From IMG/VR virus record IMGVR_UViG_3300020577_008610, positions 125,180 through 189,179 of that record: a stretch of 64,000 bases of DNA; one strand, given 5' to 3'. The notes beneath the pieces are model-generated. The model was given only the letters and a program-made list of their open reading frames with translations, searched no databases and had not been told where the DNA came from. Below, piece after piece: positions 1 to 9,329 of this stretch. The stretch's first letter is position 1. Each line of letters begins with the position of its first letter. A program made the translations under genes and the position numbers. The stretch comes from a virus. Its lineage: Duplodnaviria > Caudoviricetes.

Positions 1-183
1 TCTACCAGAAGCACCTGACAAAAGTCAGGGCTTGCGAACCATCCTGTGGAGAACCCGGTTTGTGGCCTCTCAAAGGTTGGGACCTGTGATGGAAGATGTC
101 TTTGATTGGCCTTGGAGTCAATCAAGGCTGGTTATGCTCTTTCCATGTCAACTGCCTCAATTAAGCATGAAAGCGGCAACTCC

Positions 184-552
184 ATGAGCAATACCTTCGT
201 TGAGATGGCCTCGAAATACAAGAAGGACCTTCAGTCCCACCTGCGGGCACAAGTTGAGGAGTTCGCCAAGGAAAATCCAAAGTATTGTGGGATTCAGTGG
301 GATCAGTACACTCCGTCTTTCAACGACGGTGAACCCTGCTATGCCACCATGTCTGACCTTCGACTTCTTCTCGTTGACGAGGAAGAGGGAGATGGTTACA
401 TTGATGCCTACGAGTTCGATAGTTTCACTCCCGAAGGCCAAATCAACGAGTTAATTTCTGACAGCATTGGCCTGATGACTTGGCTGTTCGAGGATGACAA
501 GACCATCACAATCACAGCCTCCACTGTGACCACAGAGGATTACAGAGAATGA
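184..552 (+). CDS. hypothetical phage protein (WxQYTPxFNDGxPCY family), paralog of next gene
   Basis: ORF 106..552, start tentatively ATG 184; shares QW(D/T)QYTP(S/Y)FNDG(E/D)PCY and C-terminal ITIT...E(D/E)Y with 549..1037. Confidence 0.7.
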   Translation: MSNTFVEMASKYKKDLQSHLRAQVEEFAKENPKYCGIQWDQYTPSFNDGEPCYATMSDLRLLLVDEEEGDGYIDAYEFDSFTPEGQINELISDSIGLMTWLFEDDKTITITASTVTTEDYRE

Positions 553-1037
553 AGCAGAGCATCCAAGATAAGCTCAACGAAATCAACGAAGCCCGTCAGA
601 ACTACAAGGCCCTCATGCAAAAGCATGGGGCTGCTCTGGTTCAGGAGATGGCCAACGACATCTTCGATGCCTTCCCGGTCGTTCGAGCCATTCAGTGGAC
701 ACAGTACACTCCGTATTTCAATGACGGAGATCCCTGCTACTTCAGTGTCAACGAAGCCCGGATCGCACTGAACGAAGACTTCATGGAGAGTCTGCAAGCC
801 TCAGAAAAGCAGTGCCTCTACGAATGCCGTGATGATTTCATGGAGTTTTCCTATCGTCTTGACGACCACCCGGACTCTCCGACCGCCAAGGTGTTGAAGA
901 AGATCAAGAAAGCCCTGGGAGAATTCCAGGGTGTCCTGAACGACCTCTCGGAAGCCATGGAGGAAGCCTTCGGGGACCACCAGCAAATCACCATCACTCG
1001 GGATGGGGTTGAATCCGAAGAGTATAGCCACGACTAA
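549..1037 (+). CDS. hypothetical phage protein (WxQYTPxFNDGxPCY family)
   Basis: ATGA overlap with upstream paralog; shared motif. Confidence 0.8.
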   Translation: MKQSIQDKLNEINEARQNYKALMQKHGAALVQEMANDIFDAFPVVRAIQWTQYTPYFNDGDPCYFSVNEARIALNEDFMESLQASEKQCLYECRDDFMEFSYRLDDHPDSPTAKVLKKIKKALGEFQGVLNDLSEAMEEAFGDHQQITITRDGVESEEYSHD

Positions 1038-1074
1038 GGGTCAACAGAACTTTAGAGCAAGAGGAGAGCCGCAG

Positions 1075-1698
1075 ATGAAGCCGTTGCAGCATGCCAAGAT
1101 CAGTGCCAAGAAGCATGGCGGTAAGTGGGAGGACTACATCGACATCCATGAGTTCTTCGACCAGACCAAGGCACACATCCCGGACATGAGGCACCGTGCC
1201 ATCCTGCATAACTCCCTGGGCATCTACATTGCCCAGCAAGTGTTCGGTGAGGTTCGGACCAACAGTGCTGGTCGGGAATACTCCGTTCGGGACATTGGGG
1301 AAGACCACGTTTTGGAGGACTTGGGAACCATTCCTTCCATGGCTTCCATCATCGAATGCATTGATACCAAACATTTGAAATGGCTCGGCGGCTTACCCAA
1401 GAACAAGCGAACCTTGGTTAGCAAGATACCCCGCAAGAAGTCCGATGAGCCACCAGAGGAGATCATCCACGAAGGGGCCTGTACGGCCTGCGGACTGGAA
1501 GATGGCCGCCACACCCAGGAGTGCCCCGAGAAGGGCAAGGAAAGGACGCTGGAGGTCAAGGAAGGGTTGGTTGATGGGAAGTGTGAAGACTGTCCAGATT
1601 TGAAGAGAGTTGAAGAGGCTCCACACTCTGGACTCTCGGGCAGGGACATGGTAGTAGATGGAGCGGCTTCTTTCCGAAGCGCATTGATGAGGGACTAA
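1075..1698 (+). CDS. DUF6915-like protein with C-terminal Cys-rich extension
   Basis: MKPLQHAKISAKKHGGKWEDYIDIHEFFDQTK...RHRAILH pattern; GAGGAG RBS before ATG 1075. Confidence 0.7.
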   Translation: MKPLQHAKISAKKHGGKWEDYIDIHEFFDQTKAHIPDMRHRAILHNSLGIYIAQQVFGEVRTNSAGREYSVRDIGEDHVLEDLGTIPSMASIIECIDTKHLKWLGGLPKNKRTLVSKIPRKKSDEPPEEIIHEGACTACGLEDGRHTQECPEKGKERTLEVKEGLVDGKCEDCPDLKRVEEAPHSGLSGRDMVVDGAASFRSALMRD

Positions 1699-1719
1699 CG
1701 CCCCAAAAGGACTAAGATA

Positions 1720-2067
1720 ATGGCACACCGGATTCACATTCCAACCGTAGGAGACAAATTGGTTCTTGCAGAACCATGGACCTTTACCCTGCATTATGAG
1801 TACCGAAACAAGAAGTTGTTCCAGATGGCAATTCCGGTCAAAGACCGGGAAGGCGGCGGATACGGCAAGTTGGGTAATTCTTTGCAACTAACATTCCCGA
1901 CAGGCTGGGAACTGAAGGTTACTCGGGTATACATCCGGCAAGGACGGCCGGGATATGATTCCATTAGCTTTATGTGCCCCTACAATGGGAAGAATGTAAG
2001 GTTTTGGGTCAAACTACAAGATGTCAACAAGATGATCGTGGTGGAGGAGAGTGAGCATGACGATTGA
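1720..2067 (+). CDS. hypothetical phage protein
   Basis: ORF in tight + strand gene run. Confidence 0.65.
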   Translation: MAHRIHIPTVGDKLVLAEPWTFTLHYEYRNKKLFQMAIPVKDREGGGYGKLGNSLQLTFPTGWELKVTRVYIRQGRPGYDSISFMCPYNGKNVRFWVKLQDVNKMIVVEESEHDD

Positions 2068-2449
2068 ACTCACCGAAGAAGAGAAGGCTATGACTCTGGA
2101 GGAGTTTGAGGATCAGCAAGAGAAGATAGACCGTCCGCCGGATATCCAGGATGAGAATAGAAATTGGGTCTGTGGTGAGTGCAAGGATCGGCACCTGGAT
2201 TCTTGTAAGATTTACCAGCATTTCCGAAGATGGTATGAAAAGCTGACTCAGGAGAACGAGAAGGCTCAAAATCAGCCACGCCCTGAGTGGATGTGTTCGG
2301 GATGTGACGAACCCAAGGAAGGGCCTCATCGATTCTCCTGTTATGCGAGTGAAACCAAAGCAAATCAACTGACGGTTTCGGCAACTCAGAAAGAGGATGG
2401 GACGTTTATGACCCATCTTTCAGGGACAGACCTATCTTTAAAAGGGTGA
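2051..2449 (+). CDS. hypothetical protein with two CxxC/H-C Zn-finger-like motifs
   Basis: WVCGECKDRHLDSC and WMCSGCDEPKEGPHRFSC. Confidence 0.6.
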   Translation: MSMTIELTEEEKAMTLEEFEDQQEKIDRPPDIQDENRNWVCGECKDRHLDSCKIYQHFRRWYEKLTQENEKAQNQPRPEWMCSGCDEPKEGPHRFSCYASETKANQLTVSATQKEDGTFMTHLSGTDLSLKG

Positions 2450-3054
2450 GCTATACCACCCTTCAAACCAAACTGGCAAAGCTAAAGAATGGGGACCGAC
2501 TTCCCCTAGACATGCTACGAGAGCTTGCTGACTGTAACCCTCATTGGTCTTTTTATAAAGGGAAACAGCAATTCAAGCTGGCGGATCATATTTCCCTTGT
2601 CTCTGAGTTCAGATTTCGGAGGTGGACCGAGAGCACCCAGAAGACAGATGGCTCGTGGAACTTCCATGAGGCCAAGGGGAACCTGACGTTCAAGGATGGC
2701 ACCAAAGCTACCGTTCACTTCGACCAATCCAGCTTTTACAAGATGGACGTTTTGGGTTCCAGATACAGGAGCACTTATTTCAGTCTTTTGAAGCCTGGAA
2801 AGTTGGCTATTGTGGCCGAAGAAGTTATTTCGTTGTTGACCGAACACGAAATGATTATGGATGGAATCGACAGTCACCAACAGAATCGCCTTCAGGTTTC
2901 AGAAGGGACACCGGTTATGGTATTGAAGACGTTGATGTTCGACTCCATCCCCTTGGTGAAAGTTCTGTGCGGTGAAGAAATCAGGTGGACGTATGGAGTT
3001 CTATATGACAAGGACACCTTTGATGCAAACGACAACGACAACCATTGGCTCTGA
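2446..3054 (+). CDS. hypothetical protein, C-terminal SH3-like barrel
   Basis: GTGA overlap; GTPVMVL...VKVLCGEEIRW ending. Confidence 0.6.
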   Translation: MSYTTLQTKLAKLKNGDRLPLDMLRELADCNPHWSFYKGKQQFKLADHISLVSEFRFRRWTESTQKTDGSWNFHEAKGNLTFKDGTKATVHFDQSSFYKMDVLGSRYRSTYFSLLKPGKLAIVAEEVISLLTEHEMIMDGIDSHQQNRLQVSEGTPVMVLKTLMFDSIPLVKVLCGEEIRWTYGVLYDKDTFDANDNDNHWL

Positions 3055-3346
3055 AACTAAAAAAGAAGCCGCTCTCAATGAGCTGAAATCAGGGAAGTGG
3101 TACAAGATTCGAGGCCCGAAGAACACGTTGCTCCTGTTCAAAGAACCGAACATACAAGCCAAAACTGTTGGAGCCTTGAAAGACACCCAAATTTTCATGG
3201 TGATCCAAACTGGTGAAACTCATGCTGCCCTGGAACAAGACAGTCTGAAGAACCGGAAGTGGGTCTACCTGGGAGTTGGCGAGCAATTTGGCTATGTCAG
3301 CTTCAGTGCATTAACAATGTTCGACGAAGTGACTCCGGAGACCTGA
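3023..3346 (+). CDS. hypothetical SH3-like protein
   Basis: ORF 2972..3346, start uncertain; WVYLGVGEQFGYV. Confidence 0.55.
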   Translation: MQTTTTTIGSETKKEAALNELKSGKWYKIRGPKNTLLLFKEPNIQAKTVGALKDTQIFMVIQTGETHAALEQDSLKNRKWVYLGVGEQFGYVSFSALTMFDEVTPET

Positions 3347-3387
3347 GCCCCAGGGAGCCTATCTACCTTCAGGTGCAGGAGGCTCTC

Positions 3388-4011
3388 ATGACTGTTATTA
3401 TGGCCCTGAAACGTAACGGACAGGTTTGGCTTGGCGCAGATACACGAATCACTGATGGTGATTATGGAATCGACTATCAAGTGAGCGAACACGAAGATTT
3501 CCATCATTCCCTGGAAATGGACTCAAAGTTAGTTCTACTGGATCATGCTATCATCGGATGTGCTGGGGATGTCACCATGCGGAATTACCTGGAGTTATTT
3601 GTCTCTAGAAACAAGAACAAAACTCTTCCTTTCGACCACAAGCTTCATGTGATCGAATTCTTCATTGTCTTCAAGAAGTTCCTGAAAAAAGAAGCAGGAC
3701 TTGGCGACTCTGGCTCTAATGAAGTTCAGGGCATACACAACACCTCTTGGCTGGTTGCCACTCCAGAACGCATCTTCACAGTTGACTATGACGGAGCCGT
3801 TCTGGAATATCCTGTTATGTGCGCGGTTGGTAGTGGCACATACAGTGCAAGAGCTGCCCTGGAATATATGTTGGAATATCAGCCAAAGATTCTGCCCACC
3901 AAAATGCTGGAAAGAGCCCATGAGATTGTTGTCAGGCACAACCTGACCTGTGGCGGCAACCAAATCCAGATAAACGTAACGAAGGCACTTGGCTCTGTTG
4001 AAACTGAGTAA
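3388..4011 (+). CDS. HslV/proteasome-beta-like Ntn threonine peptidase
   Basis: AGGAGG RBS then M-T-VIMAL...GADTRIT, SK, G.AGD, AVGSG; N-terminal Thr nucleophile after Met removal. Confidence 0.8.
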   Translation: MTVIMALKRNGQVWLGADTRITDGDYGIDYQVSEHEDFHHSLEMDSKLVLLDHAIIGCAGDVTMRNYLELFVSRNKNKTLPFDHKLHVIEFFIVFKKFLKKEAGLGDSGSNEVQGIHNTSWLVATPERIFTVDYDGAVLEYPVMCAVGSGTYSARAALEYMLEYQPKILPTKMLERAHEIVVRHNLTCGGNQIQINVTKALGSVETE

Positions 4012-4052
4012 TGGGGGTGGATTTCTGTTATTTGGTGTGCTACCATACTCGT

Positions 4053-4856
4053 ATGGGTCGCGTAATTTGCATCACAGATGTGCATGGGTGCTACGATGAA
4101 TTTATGCTTCTGCTGGAAAAAGCAAAGTATTCTGAGGGAGTAGACCGGCTAGTTTTGGCCGGAGACCTTGTAGATCGTGGGCCGGCTTCTGCCAAGGTGG
4201 TCCAGTGGACTAGGCTGGCTATGGCCAAGCACCCTGGGCTTGTTGAGTGCGTGATGGGCAACCATGATGAAAAGCATTTCCGTTACTGGAAGCATGTCCT
4301 AAAAAAAAGAGAACATTCTAACTATAAGATCCCCATGCGACCCTTTAGCATGGACAAACTTCAGGTTTTCAACTCCTTTGAGGATGAAGATCTGGAGTTT
4401 ATCGGTCAGTTGCCAGCTTTCATTTCCCTCCAGGAAGACCGAGAGGGTTGGTTGGTAGTGCACGCTGGCTTGGAGCCTGGAAAGGATTTGAAAGACCAGG
4501 ACGTGGGTAAAATGACCCATATTCGATTCTTGCACCAAGAGACACGTAAAACGGTTTCTTTGGATGATAACCACCAGCCTCCGGCTGGCTCTGTGTACTG
4601 GACGGAAGTGTACGACCTCCCTTACAGTGTGGTTTATGGCCACACTGTCCATAGCTTTACCAAACCGGAAGTAACAAGGAAGGCTCACGGTCCGACACTT
4701 GTGGGTCTTGACACAGGAGTCTGCTTTGGTGGTCGCCTTTCAGCGTTTTTCATTCCGGAACATGGAGAAAAAGTAGGGCCTGAACATTTTGTACAGGTCC
4801 AAGCCAGCAAAGCCTACTCTAGGAGTCTTCTTCAGAATGTCAAATGGGATGAGTAA
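4053..4856 (+). CDS. calcineurin-like metallophosphoesterase (ApaH/PrpE/PNKP-phosphatase-like)
   Basis: DVHG, GDLVDRG, GNHDE, HAG, YGH, LDTGVCFGG motifs. Confidence 0.9.
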   Translation: MGRVICITDVHGCYDEFMLLLEKAKYSEGVDRLVLAGDLVDRGPASAKVVQWTRLAMAKHPGLVECVMGNHDEKHFRYWKHVLKKREHSNYKIPMRPFSMDKLQVFNSFEDEDLEFIGQLPAFISLQEDREGWLVVHAGLEPGKDLKDQDVGKMTHIRFLHQETRKTVSLDDNHQPPAGSVYWTEVYDLPYSVVYGHTVHSFTKPEVTRKAHGPTLVGLDTGVCFGGRLSAFFIPEHGEKVGPEHFVQVQASKAYSRSLLQNVKWDE

Positions 4857-4859
4857 GCC

Positions 4860-5123
4860 ATGCCTGTAACTCCCGCACAAGCCCGGAAATTCTACAAAGA
4901 ACGAGAGGAATTGCTGGAAAAAATTGACGAAGCCATTCTCGCAGCTTACACTAAGAGCATTCCTGCGAAGATAGAAGTTGTCATCTCGAAAGAGCATTAC
5001 AAAAACGAACTTTTGGCAGAGTGGCTGATGAATCAATACGAGGAAGCGGGTTGGAAGACTTATTTCGACAGACATTCTGGCGAAGAGGTATTCTTGTTTG
5101 TTCTCACGGAAGCAACAAAATGA
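4860..5123 (+). CDS. hypothetical protein (Y..AGW motif, paralog of 26500..26877)
   Basis: LMNQYEEAGWKT vs LIERYKRAGWTV. Confidence 0.6.
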   Translation: MPVTPAQARKFYKEREELLEKIDEAILAAYTKSIPAKIEVVISKEHYKNELLAEWLMNQYEEAGWKTYFDRHSGEEVFLFVLTEATK

Positions 5124-5422
5124 GCATCAAGGCTGTCAACTGCGACTCTATGAAAGGCTACATTTTTTAATGAACGAATGGCTCGAAAAGTCTGTGAGTT
5201 CATCGGAGCACACGAGAGCAATGGAGAGAGTAACGACCTTTTTGTGGTCAATTACCACATGGGGGTCTCTCGGAGTTGTGCTGTATCTGATTTTGTACGG
5301 TCTGTATGCGGCATCGACTATAGGTTCCGGAAGCGGATGAACCCACAGAACAATTTGAGCCTTTTGGTCAAGGCCCTGCTTAGGGCAGCCTGGGAAGAGT
5401 TTGACAAAGAAGGATTTGAGGC

Positions 5423-5629
5423 ATGAAACAAGATACGATTGAGAGTCTGGCCCTGGAATTGGCACAAGCGGCCGGAGAGTCAGATTGGAGAGGCCCTGGA
5501 ATCCAAAGGGACATTGATTCAGTCAGCCATGGTTGGATCCGATGGTCCAGTGTCGTTGGATGGCCTCGTGAACTGGCAGAACGAATCGACCGATTCATCA
5601 CAGAACAAAGGTCTCATCGGGGCAAGTAG
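5423..5629 (+). CDS. hypothetical protein
   Basis: ATGA-coupled short ORF. Confidence 0.45.
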   Translation: MKQDTIESLALELAQAAGESDWRGPGIQRDIDSVSHGWIRWSSVVGWPRELAERIDRFITEQRSHRGK

Positions 5630-5694
5630 TGCTTTCTTCAGTCCGATAGCACGAAGTGGATAAAGGCTTCCGCAGAAGGGATGTTTTGTATGGC

Positions 5695-6132
5695 CTAGCT
5701 AATCGGATTGTTTCCGAAGTTTCCTACCACGATGAAGTGGATTCCATCGCTCTTCAGGATGGCAGAAGCACCAACCGTAGCAGCGAAAGTAAGCTTGGCG
5801 CCAGCAACCGAGCCAGAGACCAAGGCAGTTGTTCCTGCGGTTTCCTGGGAGCTGGTAACAATGTGAGCCGAGGCCGAACCAACCCTGAACACAAACTCAG
5901 CTCCGGGACAAGAAGCAGCCGTTGGCAGAACCACGGTCTGAACTCCAGAGCCAGAGATGATATTCACTCCACCGTCACCTGCGGTGAGGGTAGAAGATCC
6001 AATGGTTGGAACCCCGTCAACAGGGAATGGCGCAAAGCCCCGGTTGGCAGTGGTGCGTTCGATGGAAACTCCAGTTTCATCTTTGTAGGTAACTGGACCC
6101 AAAGCAGAGTCGATACGAGTTTTAAGTGGCAT
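5695..6132 (-). CDS. putative virion structural (decoration-type) protein
   Basis: G/S/T/A/V-rich beta protein (TVVLPTAASCPG..F, LKSDG..F); upstream TATTTA motif at 6157-6162. Confidence 0.55.
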   Translation of the reverse strand: MPLKTRIDSALGPVTYKDETGVSIERTTANRGFAPFPVDGVPTIGSSTLTAGDGGVNIISGSGVQTVVLPTAASCPGAEFVFRVGSASAHIVTSSQETAGTTALVSGSVAGAKLTFAATVGASAILKSDGIHFIVVGNFGNNPIS

Positions 6133-6309
6133 GATGATCCCCCTTGAAGGTGCCAATAAATAGGATAATCGGGATCAATCATTCTGCCAAAATCGGCTTG
6201 CTTCAGTTGAGCCTGAAAGGTATCTAGGGTTTTGCCTTCTGGACTGTACTTTCTGACTATTATAAGGAAAAGGACAGCGGCTAGGAGCCTCTTTTCCTAA
6301 TTAAGCAGC

Positions 6310-7158
6310 ATGGACCCAAGCAATCTTCTGAAAGAATACATCAATGCCATCCTGGATTCCAGGGAAGAAGACTTCCAAAAGATTCAGGCAGCCAACGAGA
6401 GCTACGATGCTATCCTGGGCTATATCAGTAGGCTTGACAGAAACCCAAAGGCTTTTGCTCGCGTTTTCCAGGTCAATGACCAGGGTTTCTTTACAGGTTT
6501 TGCTTTGGGAGCCAGAGTGAGACGAGAAGAACACCTTCAATTGGCTGTGTTCTTCATGGACAGGGGGCTAGCTGGCATCAAAAGTAAAGTAAATGCCCAG
6601 GCTTCTCGAATCCGTGTGAGGCCGATGAGCACCACAGCAGCAGCCATCAAGGGCTATCAGATTAGGATCTACTTTGATGCCCCAGAAGAAGCCAGAACGA
6701 GCCCCAAAGCCTACAACAAGTGGCTTGCAGCCAACCTGGAAGACTTGCTGACGAACGACGGCACAAGGTCTTCTTACGTTCACGAATTCACTCACGTCCA
6801 AGATTTTAAGCGAATGGACCCTAGGTTTCTTCTTCGGAGAGGGCAGCAAAAGCAAGCCGAAAAAGAGAGACAGCAGCAAGCAGGTGAGAAGTCAAGAGAC
6901 TTTGGAGCCTATGCCAACGACCCCCTGGAGTTGAATGCCTACTTCTTTCAGGCCATGTCGGATGTGCAAACCCAACTCAGGAATGTAAAAACTCCCGAGG
7001 AGAAAAGAGCTATCATCGGCTCCTCCCCGCAAGAGTTCGTTGACAAGTTTATGGGAACCTACCTCAAGAAACAGGTCAGGAAAAATATCGACTCCGAGAA
7101 CTGGAAAAGGCTTGCCAAGAGGGCTGCTACTTCTTGGGAACTACTTATTGGAGTGTAA
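6310..7158 (+). CDS. zincin-like (HEFTH) protein with N-terminal leader; putative internal virion protein
   Basis: HEFTH followed by Y..DP.E.NAY; similar to 32052..32771; TAATTA upstream. Confidence 0.65.
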   Translation: MDPSNLLKEYINAILDSREEDFQKIQAANESYDAILGYISRLDRNPKAFARVFQVNDQGFFTGFALGARVRREEHLQLAVFFMDRGLAGIKSKVNAQASRIRVRPMSTTAAAIKGYQIRIYFDAPEEARTSPKAYNKWLAANLEDLLTNDGTRSSYVHEFTHVQDFKRMDPRFLLRRGQQKQAEKERQQQAGEKSRDFGAYANDPLELNAYFFQAMSDVQTQLRNVKTPEEKRAIIGSSPQEFVDKFMGTYLKKQVRKNIDSENWKRLAKRAATSWELLIGV

Positions 7159-7160
7159 TC

Positions 7161-7820
7161 ATGAAGAAATCCGAACTTGCTACCTTGGTTCGTGAAGCTG
7201 TCCTAGCTGGTATTGAAGAAGCCAATTATCCCGAGGGGTTCAACGTGGAGGAATTTAAGGCTCTTCCTTCGTTTGCGGCTCGGATGAAATACGTCAAAGC
7301 AAGACTTCCCAAGGTTGCTCAGGGAAGTGCAAGGGCCGTCTTTATCGTGGATGATGCTACTGTCCTGAAGGTTGCCATGAATGAGAAGGGGAAGGCCCAG
7401 AATGACGTTGAAGCTGATGTTGGCAGGCAAGGCGGCTACCCTGTTGCCCAGGTCTTTGAGGTAGGAGACGGAGGAGTTTGGGTTGAGATGGAAAAAGCCA
7501 CCAAGGCCACTCCCAAACTCTTCAAACAGCTTGCCGGGGTGGACATCAAGACCTTTGAACAGGTTGTCCGGTATTACGACATGGACATCAAAGGTAGAAC
7601 GGGCTACATGTCCAGACCACAAGGCTACGATGACTTGGTGTCAGGTGACAATGAGCTGATCAATGATGTCCTTTCCTTGATGGCGGACTATGACATGCCT
7701 GGAGGAGATATTGGGCGTATTTCTTCCTGGGGGGTTGTCAACCGAGGAGGGCAGCAAAAGCTTGTCCTTATCGATTTCGGACTAACCAACGCTGTCTGGA
7801 GAGACTATTACGCCAAGTAA
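7161..7820 (+). CDS. protein-kinase-like protein with N-terminal leader
   Basis: AQGSARAVF (Gly loop), VLKVA (VAIK-like), E in QNDVEA, GDI...SWG, LIDFG. Confidence 0.6.
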   Translation: MKKSELATLVREAVLAGIEEANYPEGFNVEEFKALPSFAARMKYVKARLPKVAQGSARAVFIVDDATVLKVAMNEKGKAQNDVEADVGRQGGYPVAQVFEVGDGGVWVEMEKATKATPKLFKQLAGVDIKTFEQVVRYYDMDIKGRTGYMSRPQGYDDLVSGDNELINDVLSLMADYDMPGGDIGRISSWGVVNRGGQQKLVLIDFGLTNAVWRDYYAK

Positions 7821-7824
7821 AAGG

Positions 7825-8062
7825 GCAGTTTTCAGTGATACCCAGCACCCTTCGAGAAGTCGAGAGTCCCACAGATGGGAGATTGTCCTACTGGAAACAC
7901 TGGCTAAGAAGCTCTGGGTGTGCACACCCCGTGGTCTTATAGATTTGCGACCCAGGATTTAGAGCAAGATTGTCTTCTGGCCAATTTCTTAATGTTGCGG
8001 GGGTGATTACCGCAGTCTCAACTTCTCCAAGACCTTCCATTATACAGTGTATAATGGAGTAA
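7825..8062 (-). ncRNA. candidate structured RNA downstream of 8068..8574
   Basis: 10-bp hairpin CCATTATACA-N-TGTATAATGG (8037-8057); 12-bp long-range pair 7854-7865 with 8016-8027; internal hairpins; no ORF. Confidence 0.4.
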
Positions 8063-8067
8063 ATCTG

Positions 8068-8574
8068 TTACTCAAAGTCCTCGGAGTTAAGGTCTTCAAG
8101 GTCAACCTCTGTCTGGTTGCCACGGTTGATGGCAGCACGGAGGGACTCAGCGTACCCTGTGGCCTTCACGGCCAGTTCCACTGCTTCCTTGATCGGAACG
8201 GTACGAACCGAGGATACCTCATCGGCAGAACGAGAACGGTTCCGGTAAGGGTTGGCATCCTCCATGGAGGCTTTCCTCCACAGAGCTTCCACTCGGCCAG
8301 CTCCTCCCACACGCTTGACAGCTTCAGTGAGAGTCATGACCTTGCTTCCAGCCTTCACAGTCACCTGGAGGTTGTACCGAGCTTGACCAACCTGGAGACG
8401 CGCGATGGCATCTTCTGCCCGGTTCATCTCAGCCACCAGTTCTTGAGGCTTCGCCTTGGCCTCCTCACGTCCTGGGAAGACATGCAGGGAGCCATCGAAC
8501 TGCTTGTGTGCCGCTTCGAGACGCAGTGCCCACCGACGGAGGGCATCACGGAACATTCCACCGTTTACCTTCAT
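8068..8574 (-). CDS. coiled-coil protein, DIP1984-like
   Basis: IARLQ..QARYN..VTV....MTLTEAV and LRAAINRGNQTEVDL pattern. Confidence 0.5.
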   Translation of the reverse strand: MKVNGGMFRDALRRWALRLEAAHKQFDGSLHVFPGREEAKAKPQELVAEMNRAEDAIARLQVGQARYNLQVTVKAGSKVMTLTEAVKRVGGAGRVEALWRKASMEDANPYRNRSRSADEVSSVRTVPIKEAVELAVKATGYAESLRAAINRGNQTEVDLEDLNSEDFE

Positions 8575-8638
8575 AACAACCTTTCAGGTTTCAAAAAACC
8601 AAGATCCTAACTATGTTGTCCGGAACCAAACTTCCAGG

Positions 8639-9211
8639 CTAGATGCTGGCTCGGGTGAAGGATTTCACTTCAACCTTCTCACCGCATTTGGCTGAGAATG
8701 CCTTGATGGCCTGTCCAACCGTCTGCTTGGAATCTAGCACAAACGGCTGCTCGGTCAAGACCTTTTCGGAGAAAACTTTCTGCATCTTGCCCTGGAAGGC
8801 TTTCTCCAGCTTCTCGCCCGTCATTCCACGCTTCTCCAGGTCGGAACGAGCAATCTCCTGCTCCGTGAGCAAGTCCTCGTCATCCATGTCTGCCACCGTC
8901 CTGGCAATCGGGTTGGAAGCCATCACGTGCATGGCGATGTTGTTGGCAAGCTCCTGGAACTCCGGGGTCCGAGCAACGAAGTCCGTCTCACAGGCAAGCA
9001 CTACCATCACACCCACACTCTTGTCGTGGTGGATGTAGGAGCCAACCACGCCAGCTTTGGCCGACCTTCCAGTGAAGCTGTCAGCCTTTGCCTCGCCCTT
9101 CTTCCGAAGGATCACCGTGGCCTTCTCAACGTCTCCATTCGCTTCCTTGAGGGCGGAAACGCATGCAGACATACCGGCACCAGTTCTGGCTCTGAGTTCT
9201 TGGATAGACAT
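8639..9211 (-). CDS. tsf: translation elongation factor Ts (short form)
   Basis: IQELRARTGAGMSACVSAL.EANGDVEKA..ILRKKG, CETDFVART, IAMHV, LTEQPFV; start set downstream of tRNA-Ser. Confidence 0.95.
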   Translation of the reverse strand: MSIQELRARTGAGMSACVSALKEANGDVEKATVILRKKGEAKADSFTGRSAKAGVVGSYIHHDKSVGVMVVLACETDFVARTPEFQELANNIAMHVMASNPIARTVADMDDEDLLTEQEIARSDLEKRGMTGEKLEKAFQGKMQKVFSEKVLTEQPFVLDSKQTVGQAIKAFSAKCGEKVEVKSFTRASI

Positions 9212-9224
9212 GGCTATTCCTTTG

Positions 9225-9312
9225 CGGATCCAGGAGGGATCGAACCTCCGCAACGTTCTTCACGTTGGCCTCCACTTTCCAGGCGGGCACGTTTCCACTC
9301 CGTCATGGATCC
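9225..9312 (-). tRNA. tRNA-Ser(GGA)
   Basis: GGATCCA/TGGATCC acceptor, CT-GGA-AA loop, long variable arm, GGTTCGATCC, G73. Confidence 0.85.
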
Positions 9313-9329
9313 AGGGACGCTTAACTATG

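Noticed and set aside
9212-9253. Extended EF-Ts start at 9253
   Set aside because: It overlaps tRNA-Ser(GGA); EF-Ts homology begins at 9211.
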